A stretch of 64,000 bases of DNA from Myxococcales bacterium (GTDB taxonomy: Bacteria > Myxococcota_A > Polyangia > Polyangiales > DASUME01). Below the pieces are notes generated by a model, which saw only the letters and a program-made list of their open reading frames with translations, searched no databases and was not told where the DNA came from. The translations under genes and the position numbers were made by a program. The stretch spans positions 3,648,001 to 3,712,000 of the forward strand of contig JASGJH010000001.1 of assembly GCA_047601445.1 (NCBI GenBank), read 5' to 3'. Positions 29,939 through 40,009 of this stretch are shown one piece after another (position 1 is the first letter of the stretch; every line of letters begins with the position of its first letter).

Positions 29939-30543
29939 GCGTCGATGCCCAGCTGTTGGAGGATGTCCGGCTTGAGTTTGGTCACGGCGCTGAGCGGCTG
30001 GTTGCCTGCGGGCGTCAGCACGGCCAGCGCCACCAGTCCGACGCGATGCTCGAGCTCACGCGCTACCAACCTCATCTCGCTCGTACGCTGCAGCTCGGGG
30101 ACCAGCCGCGCCGGCAGCAAGATGGCCTCCACCCGCTTCAGCTGCAGCAGGGGCAACAGGTCCTCCAGCTTGCTCACGCGCTCCACGTTCGGCTCCGCGT
30201 CCACCAGCTCGTGAACGAACTCGACGGTGCCCTCACGCCCCAGCAAGTCGAGTGCCCCCACGCCCCGGATGCTTTCCCGTGCGGGCATGCGGTCCACGGA
30301 CACGAGCGCATAGGGCTCGTCGGAGCGTCCATGCCGGTAGCCCCGGAGGCGCGGCGTGAACCCGTGGGACTCGAGCACGGGCGTCAACGTGAGCACGGCG
30401 TCCTGGCCCTGCTGCAGAGCGCGATCGAAGTCGGCCACGCGGCCCACGGCCGTGATGGTCAGCGCGCTGAGCGCCTCCGAAAGCTCGGCCTGGAGCGCAC
30501 GCTGCTTCATCAGGAGATGCAAGAACACGAGGAGGCGCGACAT
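29929..30543 (-). CDS. Hypothetical protein, PBP-like, in the TonB receptor operon
   Basis: Coding codon bias, purine-rich RBS, overlap with the downstream gene; V.K.EDLLPLLQ motif. Confidence 0.65.
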   Translation of the reverse strand: MSRLLVFLHLLMKQRALQAELSEALSALTITAVGRVADFDRALQQGQDAVLTLTPVLESHGFTPRLRGYRHGRSDEPYALVSVDRMPARESIRGVGALDLLGREGTVEFVHELVDAEPNVERVSKLEDLLPLLQLKRVEAILLPARLVPELQRTSEMRLVARELEHRVGLVALAVLTPAGNQPLSAVTKLKPDILQQLGIDAWR

Positions 30544-30621
30544 CTCTCTTTCTCTCCACCGAAGTCCACGCCCATGCGCTTCCGTTTTCGCCGAAGCGCG
30601 CCTAAATGCCCCGTAGTCCCC

Positions 30622-32790
30622 TCAATAGGTGTGTCTCACATCGAGCATGATCGCACGTGGCACGAGCGGGATCTCGAAGGCCGCGAAGCCCGGGTCCGGA
30701 CCGGTCATCCCCGTGACGTTGCGCGCGCGCAGGGCAATTCGCGTCTCTTGCCCCCGAATTAGGTACAGCTCCCGGGTCTGCAGCGACAGCTCGAGCAGCC
30801 AATAGGTGGGCAGCGTGAAGGACGCGCCGCGGGCCACGATGCTGGCGTCTGCCGCTCGACGGGGACCGACCAGCATCTGCTGCATTTGGAGGTCGAGCGG
30901 GAACTTGGGATGCGAGGGCAAGCGCACGAGCAGGCCCAGGCGACCGATGTACGGCGGATAGACCACCGCCTTGCCACCCACCAAGGTGGGGATATAGCCC
31001 TCCTGGCCGAGGTCTCTTCGCGAGTACACCAGGTCGAAGCCCAGGTAGGCGTCGAGCGCATCGCGATAGCGTAGGTCCAGACGGTTCTCCCAGGCGAGTG
31101 CGTGCTGGCTGGCCACGTTGTAGGCGGCCTGGTTGATGCCAGACGGAAGAAATTCGGCCTTGTCGAGTAGCCAGCTCTGGGAAAGCGCACTGGTCGCCTC
31201 GAGCAGCTTGCCGAGGCGATAGCCGACTTGCGCCTCGATCGTATGAATGAACTGAGGCTTTAGATTTCGATTGCCGATCACGTCTCCGGGGCGCAGCGGG
31301 ACCGCGTAGAGCAAGTACGGCGACGGCGCCTTGAAGGCACTCCCGTACAGCAGCTTCACCGTGATGGACCGAGGCAAGTGGGAGATCACGCCGAAGCGCC
31401 CTGTCACGACGTCCCCGTACTTGTTGTGATGGTCATAACGCACGCCGCCCGCGAGCCGCAGCCAGCGCGGGACGGCCTGGTAGTTGCCGTTCACGTAGAT
31501 GCCGATATTGAAGAGGTCCGCGTCCTTGGGTTTGTCTCCGGTGTTCCCCACGATGGGCACCGCCTGTTGCGTCATCAGGTCGATGCGCTCGGGGGATGGC
31601 AGCTGTTCGCGGTCGAAGGTCAGCTCGCTGCCGAAGATGGCGCTGACGGTGGCGAGGGGCCGATAGCGGGCCTCCAGCACGGAGTCGAAGGCGTGGTACT
31701 GACTCCTGCGCTCCACATCGTAGACGTCGCTGGCGACCTCCACGTGGTCCGCGGGACGAATGCCGCCCTGGAAGTAGGTGCTGAGTGAGGCGATGTCGAG
31801 CTTGGGCGTGACGTGCAGCAGACCGTCCAGGTTCACGCGATACTGACCGAGCGCGATGGTCGTCCCGCGCTGGATTCCGTCCACCTCTTGATGGCTGAGC
31901 TGGGCCCACTGCGCAAAGTCGCCCCCGCGCTGAATGCCCGAGGCATAGGCGCTCGCGATCAGGTGCCCGAGCCGCTCGTCTCGCACGCCGAAGCGGCTCT
32001 GCAGCACGAGCGAGCCGCGCTGAAGACCGAGCGACTTGCGACGCGAGCCAACGTAGGAGGGCAGCTCCGGCGCGGGCGATTGCTTGGGAAGCTTGACTCC
32101 GCTGCGATCCTCGTACTCACCGGCAGCGCCCAACATGAGGTCGTACTTTCCCCACTGAGCTCCGCCCGAGAGGTCGAATTGGCCGCCGAGATGGGTCGTC
32201 GTGTAGCCGCCGAGCAGGCGCGCCCGCAGAGGGCGCAGCGTCGAGGGCGAGCGCGTGATGATGTTGACCACGCCGAGGAAGGCGTCGAAGCCGTAGAGTG
32301 CCGAGACGGGCCCGCGGATGATCTCGATCTGTTGGATCGACTCGAGCGGGACGAGCTCCACGCCGATCCAATTTCCCAAGGTGGTGAAATAGGTGACCGG
32401 GCGTCCGTCGATCATCACCTTGATCACGCTGCTCTCGGCTCCGAGCCCCCCCGTCACGCCGCGCACTCCCGCGTTGGGGAGGATGTTGTCGTCGAGCACG
32501 TAGAAGCCCACCGTGTGCTGGAGCACCTCGGCCACGGAGCGCCAGCCCCACTTCACGATGTCCTCGTAGGTGATCACGCTCATCACGGCGGGAGCGTCGT
32601 CGATGTCCTCTGCGGTGCGGCTCGCGGTGGAGACCTTCACGTTCATGAGTCGGACCAGGTCGAGCTCGTCGAGCGCGTGTCGCTCGCTGGTCTGCGCCTC
32701 GGCGTGCTGGAGCGGCGCGCTCCAGAGCCAAATTCCCAGCAGCCAACCCAGGCCGCGCAGACTGGACATGCGGATCGCCCGCCGCGCCAT
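30622..32790 (-). CDS. TonB-dependent receptor
   Basis: L.ELDL..LMNVKVSTASR, APA.MSVIT..DI, IEIIRGP.SALYG..A..GV.NIIT plug; C-terminal aromatic residue. Confidence 0.92.
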   Translation of the reverse strand: MARRAIRMSSLRGLGWLLGIWLWSAPLQHAEAQTSERHALDELDLVRLMNVKVSTASRTAEDIDDAPAVMSVITYEDIVKWGWRSVAEVLQHTVGFYVLDDNILPNAGVRGVTGGLGAESSVIKVMIDGRPVTYFTTLGNWIGVELVPLESIQQIEIIRGPVSALYGFDAFLGVVNIITRSPSTLRPLRARLLGGYTTTHLGGQFDLSGGAQWGKYDLMLGAAGEYEDRSGVKLPKQSPAPELPSYVGSRRKSLGLQRGSLVLQSRFGVRDERLGHLIASAYASGIQRGGDFAQWAQLSHQEVDGIQRGTTIALGQYRVNLDGLLHVTPKLDIASLSTYFQGGIRPADHVEVASDVYDVERRSQYHAFDSVLEARYRPLATVSAIFGSELTFDREQLPSPERIDLMTQQAVPIVGNTGDKPKDADLFNIGIYVNGNYQAVPRWLRLAGGVRYDHHNKYGDVVTGRFGVISHLPRSITVKLLYGSAFKAPSPYLLYAVPLRPGDVIGNRNLKPQFIHTIEAQVGYRLGKLLEATSALSQSWLLDKAEFLPSGINQAAYNVASQHALAWENRLDLRYRDALDAYLGFDLVYSRRDLGQEGYIPTLVGGKAVVYPPYIGRLGLLVRLPSHPKFPLDLQMQQMLVGPRRAADASIVARGASFTLPTYWLLELSLQTRELYLIRGQETRIALRARNVTGMTGPDPGFAAFEIPLVPRAIMLDVRHTY

Positions 32791-32905
32791 GCCTCGAAGC
32801 CTCCAGTGCTGTGTCAGCCTGGATGGGCCCTGCCGAGGCTCCGCGCCTGCGAACACCGTCGCAGTATATCGCGGAGCAGCGCCTACGATCGAGCACCAGC
32901 GTCAA

Positions 32906-34210
32906 TCACTCCGACGGCGACGACGTGCCCGGCGCGGCGCAGCGCTCGGATCGACCGTAGCGCGGCAGGCAGATCGTGACCTTGGTACCTTGCCCGAGGG
33001 CACTCTCAATCTCGATGTGTCCGCCGAAGCCCTCGAGGATCTGGCGCGACAAGTACAGCCCCAATCCGGTACCAGTGCCCTCCGAACGCGTGGTGAAGAA
33101 CAGGTCGAATGCGTGGGCCAATGTCTCCTCGGACATACCGGGACCCGAGTCCTGAATCTGTACCTCGACCGTGCGTCCGCCCTCGATGGCACGCGTGGAA
33201 ACCCGCAGCGTATCGCGCGCCGCCGTGCCGTTCTCCAGGGCCTGAGCCGCGTTGGCGACCACGTTCAGCATCACCTGGCTAAGGCGAGCCGCGTTGGCCG
33301 CCACGGGCGGCACGGCTTGGCGGTCCCAGACCACGCGCGCACGGTGCTTGATTTGATGCCCCGCGAGCCGGAGCACCGACTCGAGAACCTGGGACAGGTC
33401 GACGGGCTCCACGACGTCTCGGTCCGGCGCCGAAAAGGTCTTGATGTCGTGGGAAATGACGCGCACGCGGTCGGCGGCATCGACCGCATGGTCGATCATC
33501 TTCAGCGCCGGGTCGAGGCGAAGCGGGGCTCCTTCGCGCTGGGCGGTGAGCGCGCTGTTGCGCAGCATGTCCAGGCTCGCGGTCAGGTAGGTCAAGGGTT
33601 GGTTCATTTCGTGCGCTACTCCGGCCGCGACCACCCCCAACGACGACATCCGGTCGTTCATCACCAAGCGGGCTTCCGCGCGCTGACGCTCCTCGATCTC
33701 GTGCTCCAGGCGCGTGACCATGCCGGCCATGTCGAGTTCACGACGCCTCAAGGCCACGCAGGTCCGGATGCGCGCGAGTAGCTCCTCCGTCTTCCAGGGC
33801 TTGGTGACGTAGTCGGTGGCGCCGGCGCGCAGCGCGCGCACGTAGTCCTGGCCGGACGCAGTGAGCACGACCACGGGCAAGAACGACGGACTCGGATGCA
33901 GCGCCAGCTCCTCGAGCACCTCGAAGCCGGACATGTCCGGCATCATCAGGTCGAGCAACACGAGGTCGACACGTTCATGCTTCAAATACGCGAGGCACTC
34001 CAATCCCGAGTGCACTACGACGGTGACGTAGTCGTGCGCCAAGTCTTCCTGGAGACGCTCCCCGACGATCGGGTTGTCATCGACGATCAAAAGCTTGGCG
34101 TGTTGCTCGGCGACATCGCTCGCGGCGCGCGAGGACGAAGGCTCGGGCCAGACGTGAGGCGGGATGGCGCCTGCAGACGACGGATCTTGGGAGGGGCGAA
34201 CCCAGACCAT
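32906..34210 (-). CDS. Cytoplasmic REC-histidine kinase hybrid
   Basis: LLIVDDN, DLVLLDLMMPDMSG, GVAHEMNQPL, N.V.NA.QA, DSGPGM, GTGLGL. Confidence 0.93.
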   Translation of the reverse strand: MVWVRPSQDPSSAGAIPPHVWPEPSSSRAASDVAEQHAKLLIVDDNPIVGERLQEDLAHDYVTVVVHSGLECLAYLKHERVDLVLLDLMMPDMSGFEVLEELALHPSPSFLPVVVLTASGQDYVRALRAGATDYVTKPWKTEELLARIRTCVALRRRELDMAGMVTRLEHEIEERQRAEARLVMNDRMSSLGVVAAGVAHEMNQPLTYLTASLDMLRNSALTAQREGAPLRLDPALKMIDHAVDAADRVRVISHDIKTFSAPDRDVVEPVDLSQVLESVLRLAGHQIKHRARVVWDRQAVPPVAANAARLSQVMLNVVANAAQALENGTAARDTLRVSTRAIEGGRTVEVQIQDSGPGMSEETLAHAFDLFFTTRSEGTGTGLGLYLSRQILEGFGGHIEIESALGQGTKVTICLPRYGRSERCAAPGTSSPSE

Positions 34211-34432
34211 ATTTCAGCCTAGATCCGCGGGGAGCCTTGTGCGAACCCTCGATGCGCGTCGCCGCTGCCCCCAACATGGCGCATCCTCGACCGACCCTGC
34301 GCTAGGGCCACACGAAAACGCGCATGCGAGCGCCGCGTAGCGCGGTGAGATCGCGCTTCTCCTCTGCCGCGGAAGGTGACGTGCCACTGACGCGCGAGCT
34401 GGCCCCAGGTACGCTGTCCTGAGGGGGAATCG

Positions 34433-35863
34433 ATGATGGCCCAAGCACCATGCAGCGTCGCTCTGGCAGCGGCGCTCGTGATCGGAGGGAACGCGTGCGG
34501 CGGCGGAGGAGAGTCGGCATCGTCCAACGACGACTCCGGACTCGAAGCGGGATCGGTCGACCAGGAGGACACGATCGAGCTCTACAGCTGGTGGACCGCC
34601 GGCGGTGAGGCGCAAGCGTTGGCGCTGCTGATCGACCTGTACAAGAACCGCTACCCCGGCCACGACGTGCTCAACTCCACGGCCACGGCGACCGCGAGCG
34701 GCGCGGTGGAGGAGGCCTTCCAGACCATGCGCAAGCGGCTGGCGGCCGGGGACCCACCGGACTCGTGGCAAGCCATCCTTGGTAACAATCTCCTGACCTA
34801 CACGCGCTTCGTGCCCGAAGGGCTAGAGGACGCGGGCGTCACTCCAGTGAACACCACAGCGGAGCTGTCCTCGCTCTACGCGAGTGAAGGTTGGCTCGAC
34901 AAATTCCCGCCTGCTCTGCTCGACGCCATGAAGGACGGCAACGGGATTTACGCGGTGCCGATCTCCATCGGCCGCATCAACAACCTCTACTACAACAAGG
35001 CGATCTTCGACAAATACGGGCTGAAGCCGCCCGAAACCCTGGCCGAGCTGTGGGCCGTGGGCGAGGCCCTCAAGGGCAAGGTCGACGCGGAGGGCAAGCC
35101 GATCATCCCCATGGTGATCGCCTCGGGCTACACGGACTCTGCCTGGCCCGTACGCTTCGTGGCCGACGCAATCTTGATGGCCGAGCCAGGCGGCGCCGCC
35201 TTTCGGCAGGACTACTACCAGGGCAAGGCCAACCCGAGCGACCCGCGCTACGTGCAAGCGTCCAACGACTTCATCAAGCTCCTCTCCAACTACACCAATG
35301 CCGGCAACGACGAGCTCGCCGCCGAGGACTCGCCCGAGCACGCGCTCAAGCTGCAGTGGGAGGATGCCGCGGACCTGCTGCGCTCCGGGCGCGCCGCGAT
35401 GTTCCTGCACGGAAGCTGGGTGAAGGCCTATCTGGAATCCAAGGGCGAGGTCGCGGACACCGACTTCGGCGTGGTGCAGTTTCCTCCCAAAGCCTTCGTG
35501 TATGCCGGGGATAGCTTCGTGATGTCCAACGCTGCCCAACACAAGCAGGCGGCACTCGACTTCCTCAAGCTGATCGGATCGGCCGACGTTCAGAGCGCGT
35601 TCAATCAGGTCAAAGGGGCATTGCCGGCTCGCACCGACGCCGACACCAGTGACTACGACGCGATCGGGCGCCAAACCGCGGCGGATTTGCACGACTCCTC
35701 CGTGTCGCTCGTGCCTGCCTCCTGGGACTATCCGCCTAGCGAATACTGGGGATGCTGGGAGAAGGCGGTGCTGAACGCCGTCAAGGACAACGACGCCCAC
35801 GCCTACGCGAATGCCTGCGTAGACGTGTACCCCGCGCTCTCCGAACCCAAAGAGAAACCGTGA
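34433..35863 (+). CDS. ABC-type sugar-binding lipoprotein
   Basis: YSWWTAGGE..AL, AGDPPDSWQ, YAVP....RIN.LYYN, FN..KGALPARTD. Confidence 0.88.
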   Translation: MMAQAPCSVALAAALVIGGNACGGGGESASSNDDSGLEAGSVDQEDTIELYSWWTAGGEAQALALLIDLYKNRYPGHDVLNSTATATASGAVEEAFQTMRKRLAAGDPPDSWQAILGNNLLTYTRFVPEGLEDAGVTPVNTTAELSSLYASEGWLDKFPPALLDAMKDGNGIYAVPISIGRINNLYYNKAIFDKYGLKPPETLAELWAVGEALKGKVDAEGKPIIPMVIASGYTDSAWPVRFVADAILMAEPGGAAFRQDYYQGKANPSDPRYVQASNDFIKLLSNYTNAGNDELAAEDSPEHALKLQWEDAADLLRSGRAAMFLHGSWVKAYLESKGEVADTDFGVVQFPPKAFVYAGDSFVMSNAAQHKQAALDFLKLIGSADVQSAFNQVKGALPARTDADTSDYDAIGRQTAADLHDSSVSLVPASWDYPPSEYWGCWEKAVLNAVKDNDAHAYANACVDVYPALSEPKEKP

Positions 35864-37096
35864 ACCACCGCACGCTTCTCCTCCTGGCTCTGCTCGGTTG
35901 CGGCGACGGCGCGAGTGACGGCGCCGACGACGGCGAGCTCCGTATCGGCCTGCTCTTGCCCTACACCGGCAGAGACGGCTCGGCGGGCACCAACTTCGAA
36001 CGCGGCGTACTGATGGCCGTGGACAACGTCAACGCGGGCGGAGGGCTCTTCGGCAAGCAGGTCAGAGATCGTCTTCGCGGACACCCACTCCAGCGTCGAA
36101 CTTGGGTTGGACGGCGTGCACGGGCTGATCGACAAGGGGGTGATCGCCGTGATCGGCCCTGAGGGAGACGAGCTCGCCAAGAGCCTGCCTCCCATCTTGG
36201 AGCCCCTCGGCATTCCGCTGATCACACCGAGTTCATCATCGGCGCCGGTAGAGGTCTCGGCTGAGACCAGCCTGTGGTTTCGGCTCGCGCCCTCGGCCGA
36301 AGACCTGGGCACGGCCATGGGCCGCTACCTGCGCACCGAGGGCGTGACGGACATCGCCATCGTGAGCACCGACACCGAGTACGACACGAGCTTCTCTGCA
36401 GCGGTCGCGGCGCGGCTCGAGGAGGCAGACATCGCCATCGCGATCTCCGAGAACATCCTGCCCAGCGCGGCCGACTTCACCGATGTGGTACACCGCGTGG
36501 TCGACGCTGCACCCAAGGCCATCGTGCTGGCAGCGGACGCCAGCACGGGCAGCCGCTTCGTCAACGACTACGACTTCGTGTTGGGTTCCACCGACGGCGT
36601 TAAGTGGTACCTCTCGCCCCAGCTCGAGCAGCCTGGCTTCTTGCTCAACACCTCGCCGGAAGACGTCGAGGGGATGATCGGCGTGGCCGCGGCGGTGAGC
36701 CCGGTGAAAGCGCGCACGGACGCCTTCACGAAGGCCTTCGAGGAACGCTGGGACGGGGCTGCGCCCACCACGGGCGCTTTCTACTACTACGACGCGTTGG
36801 CGCTGTTCGCGGTCGCCTTCGAGGGCGCGGCCACCAAAGTGGGCAATGCGCACCCGGATCCAGAGACCCTGCGCAGCTATATGCTGTCTTCCTCCGGGCA
36901 GTCGGGGCTGGTCGTGGAGTGGGACGAGTTGCCCAAGGGGCTCGAGAATGCGAGCAAAGGTGAAGCGGTGTACTACACGGGCGTGACCGGGGTCCTGTCA
37001 CTCGATGAAGCTGGAGCTCGCTCGGCGGTGTACACGCGGCTGTGGACCATCGAAGGGGGACAAGTGGTGCCGCTCCCCGAGGCGCAGGCGGAGTAG
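35860..37096 (+). pseudogene. LivJ/LivK-type substrate-binding lipoprotein with a +1 frameshift near 36064-36067
   Basis: GTG start overlapping the upstream TGA; LLGC lipobox, RIGLLLPYTG..VNAGGGLFGKQV, then continues in another frame as EIVFADTHS...V.AVIGP. Confidence 0.75.
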
Positions 37097-37112
37097 CGTT
37101 CTCTGTCCTGGA

Positions 37113-38399
37113 CTAGTCCACCAGCGTACGCAGACGGAAGGCCAGGCGCGCGCTCGCCGACATGCGATGCCAGCGCTCGAGGCGCTCCGTGTAGTAGTCG
37201 AGTGTGAGCCTGGCCACGGCCCGCGGGGAGTAGTCGTTCTGCATGGCGCGCGCCCCCTCGGCGCCCATGCGTTGCGCGTGCTGAGGATCGCGCAACAGCC
37301 TGAGGCAAGCCTCGGCCAGATCCGCTTCGCTCTCACTCTGGAAGAGCACGCCGTTGCGCCCTTCTTGCACGATCTCCGGGATGCCTCCGGTACGAGAGGC
37401 GACCAGGGGACAGCCGTAGGCGAGCGCCTCGAGCACTGCGAGCGGATGGTTCTCGTAGCGGGAGGCCACCACGGTCACGAACGAGCGCCGACGCAACTCC
37501 GCGATCTCCGAGAGCGGGCGCGAGCCAAGCCAGCGTGCTCGCGCGCGCAGCTCCCCGGGTAGCTCGCCGTCGAGGTAGCGCTCGGGAGCGAGCAGCTCAC
37601 CGCGCACCGGAATGCCCTCTCCGGGCCCCACCAGCAACAGCTCCAGCTCCGGCAGCTCCGCACCCAGCCGACGAAACGCCTTCACCACCAGGTCGGCGCC
37701 CTTGCGAAGATCGAAGCGCCCGACGCACAGCAAGGTCTTCTTGTCACACGCCTGGTAGCTCCAGCGCTCACGGGCCTCCACGCTCGGCCCCGGGTTGGGG
37801 ATCACGGCAGCATGCGGCAGCTCGACCTGATAGCGCGCACGCACGCGCTCCAGCTGATCGCGCGCCGGAGAGGTGATCGCGAGCGCCGCACGAAAGGCCT
37901 GGCCCTCGGCCCACACCCGCCGCGCGAAGGCGGCGTCTTGCACCACGTTGTCCGAGGGGCCGGCGAGGAACCACGGGCCGTGCAGGCGCACCACGATGGG
38001 AATGTCGAGGAAAGGCTGCGCCCAAAACGGAGTTCCGAATGACTCCTCCATCTCGATCAGCTCGGGCCGTGAGGTGCCGGGGAGCCGCTGAAGCGCGTGG
38101 AGCACGCGCAGCGCGTGCTGGTGACCAGTCAGGCTCCATGGGCTCACTCGGCGCACCGTGCGCAGCAGCGCCGCGGGGACTGCCTGGATATTCGCGTCGC
38201 ACAAGGGCACCACGTCGGGTGTGTTCTGTGGGGCGTCGGGCGGCACCCAGGCGAGCACCAGGGAGGACACCCCCTCCTGCTGCAACCCCTGCCGCATGTT
38301 CGCGACATACGTGACGATGCCATTGGCCAAGCAGTCGGGGGGCCAGGCTGGACTCACGAAGGCCACGTGGCGTGGACGCCGGAGCGTGCGGTTACGCAT
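37113..38399 (-). CDS. GT4-family glycosyltransferase
   Basis: VGRFDLRKG, SRYENHPLAVLEALAYG.P.VASRTGGIPE. Confidence 0.9.
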   Translation of the reverse strand: MRNRTLRRPRHVAFVSPAWPPDCLANGIVTYVANMRQGLQQEGVSSLVLAWVPPDAPQNTPDVVPLCDANIQAVPAALLRTVRRVSPWSLTGHQHALRVLHALQRLPGTSRPELIEMEESFGTPFWAQPFLDIPIVVRLHGPWFLAGPSDNVVQDAAFARRVWAEGQAFRAALAITSPARDQLERVRARYQVELPHAAVIPNPGPSVEARERWSYQACDKKTLLCVGRFDLRKGADLVVKAFRRLGAELPELELLLVGPGEGIPVRGELLAPERYLDGELPGELRARARWLGSRPLSEIAELRRRSFVTVVASRYENHPLAVLEALAYGCPLVASRTGGIPEIVQEGRNGVLFQSESEADLAEACLRLLRDPQHAQRMGAEGARAMQNDYSPRAVARLTLDYYTERLERWHRMSASARLAFRLRTLVD

Positions 38400-38545
38400 C
38401 TCGTGATCGTACCGATCCACGCGCCCGAATGAACGCAGGAACACCCGACCGCGCGCGCCTCGAACGGGCGCTGCCCTCGCTTGGAGACAGCGCTCGCCAC
38501 ACCTTCGTTGACCGCAGATGGGAGACGTCAGGCTCGGATCACGCC

Positions 38546-39013
38546 CTAGTTGGAGGGATCTTCGCGATGACGGCAGATGGCGGCCATGGTCTCGGTGAGC
38601 CCGCGCAGGGCGCGCTTCTTCATCTTGCCGTCGGGGGGCGGCACACGCGCCAGAATGACGTCGTTGAGCGAGAGCACGCCGACCAGGCGCCCATTGTCGT
38701 CGACCACGGGCAGACGCCTGACTTGCCAGGCGCGCATGGTGCGCTCGGCACTGGCCACCGTGTCGCTGTCGAGACAGGTGTACACCTCGGGCGACATCAC
38801 ATCGAGAATCGGAATCGCGTTGAGCGATCGGCCCTGGATATAGGCCGCCATGCACACGTCGCGATCGGTGACCATGCCGACAGGCACTTCATCGTCGTCC
38901 ACCACGGGCATGCTCCCGATGTCGCACTCCCACATCGTCCGAGCGGCGTCGCTCGCCGTCTGCTTCGAAGTACACGTGCGAGGTTTCGAGCTCATCAACT
39001 CTTTGACGCGCAT
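38546..39013 (-). CDS. CBS-domain pair protein
   Basis: VKELMS, DIGSMPVVD..GMVTDRD, VRRLPVVD..G.LVG.LS..D. Confidence 0.92.
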   Translation of the reverse strand: MRVKELMSSKPRTCTSKQTASDAARTMWECDIGSMPVVDDDEVPVGMVTDRDVCMAAYIQGRSLNAIPILDVMSPEVYTCLDSDTVASAERTMRAWQVRRLPVVDDNGRLVGVLSLNDVILARVPPPDGKMKKRALRGLTETMAAICRHREDPSN

Positions 39014-39145
39014 GGACCACTACTCCTCGTGCCACTCCAACTCGGGGACGCACCTCACCGAGAGCCGGCACCAGGGAGTCACGTAAGCACGTCGAGGCCG
39101 CTGGCTAGTCCCGCCTGCGCTGCTCCGATCGAGGCTGTTCGGCGT

Positions 39146-39958
39146 TCACGTGCGGCGCCCGAAAATCTGCAAAATGCGGGGCATTCCCATCAGGGTATCG
39201 GGCCGCTCGGCGAGCGCGATCAACTCGGCTGCCAGGGCCTCGACCTCTGCGGCCGTGGCGAGCTGCGCGCCCACCACCGCGTCGGCCATGTTCTTCATGC
39301 TGACCGCCGCGGCCAACTTGGCCTCCCCGCGCAGGGCCACCGGCTGCACGACGTCGACGCGCACATCGGCGAGACCCGCCTCGGCCATCAGCGTGGGCAG
39401 CCGCAGCCCGATGTGCACATCTGCGCCCTTGCTCTGCACGACCCGCTCACAGAGCTCGGTGTACCGGTCGTGGGACGCACTCGGCGGCTCACACAGCCAC
39501 CCGGAATGATCGATGTCTTCCACGATCACCACGCCGCCCGGCCGCGTCAGGCGTACGAACGTGGCCAACATGGCCGCCGGATCCCGAAGCTGGGTCAACA
39601 CGAAGCGCGCGTACACCGCGTCGAAACCGCGCTCATCGGACCATTCGGCCACGTCGACACACTGAAACGCGAGATTTTCGGAGAGCCCCTCGAGCTCCGC
39701 GTCGCGCCGGGCAAGCTCCAACTTCGCCGGATCCAGATCGGCGCCGATCACCTGTCCGCGCGGCCCTACCCGGCTCGCCAGCTCGAAGCTCACGTCACCC
39801 GTACCGCAGCCCACATCCAGGCAGCGCGAACCCGCGGCAATTCCGACCCGATCGAACAGGGCCGCCGTGGGGTCTTGCATGACCCTGGCCAGCACCTTCG
39901 AGCGTTCGAGGCCTGCGGCACCCGCGTTCGCGATGTAGTCCGTGAGCTTCCCCGCCAT
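39146..39958 (-). CDS. Class I SAM-dependent methyltransferase
   Basis: CLDVGCGTG motif I, FDAVYARFVL, RPGG. Confidence 0.9.
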   Translation of the reverse strand: MAGKLTDYIANAGAAGLERSKVLARVMQDPTAALFDRVGIAAGSRCLDVGCGTGDVSFELASRVGPRGQVIGADLDPAKLELARRDAELEGLSENLAFQCVDVAEWSDERGFDAVYARFVLTQLRDPAAMLATFVRLTRPGGVVIVEDIDHSGWLCEPPSASHDRYTELCERVVQSKGADVHIGLRLPTLMAEAGLADVRVDVVQPVALRGEAKLAAAVSMKNMADAVVGAQLATAAEVEALAAELIALAERPDTLMGMPRILQIFGRRT

Positions 39959-40009
39959 GCCGACCACGATAGGCCTGGTTTTGGCTGGAAACAACCGTCA
40001 ATGGACGAC

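Noticed and set aside
39021..39034. TGGCACG upstream of the CBS gene as a sigma54 site
   Set aside because: No GC at the -12 position; it overlaps the GAGGAG RBS
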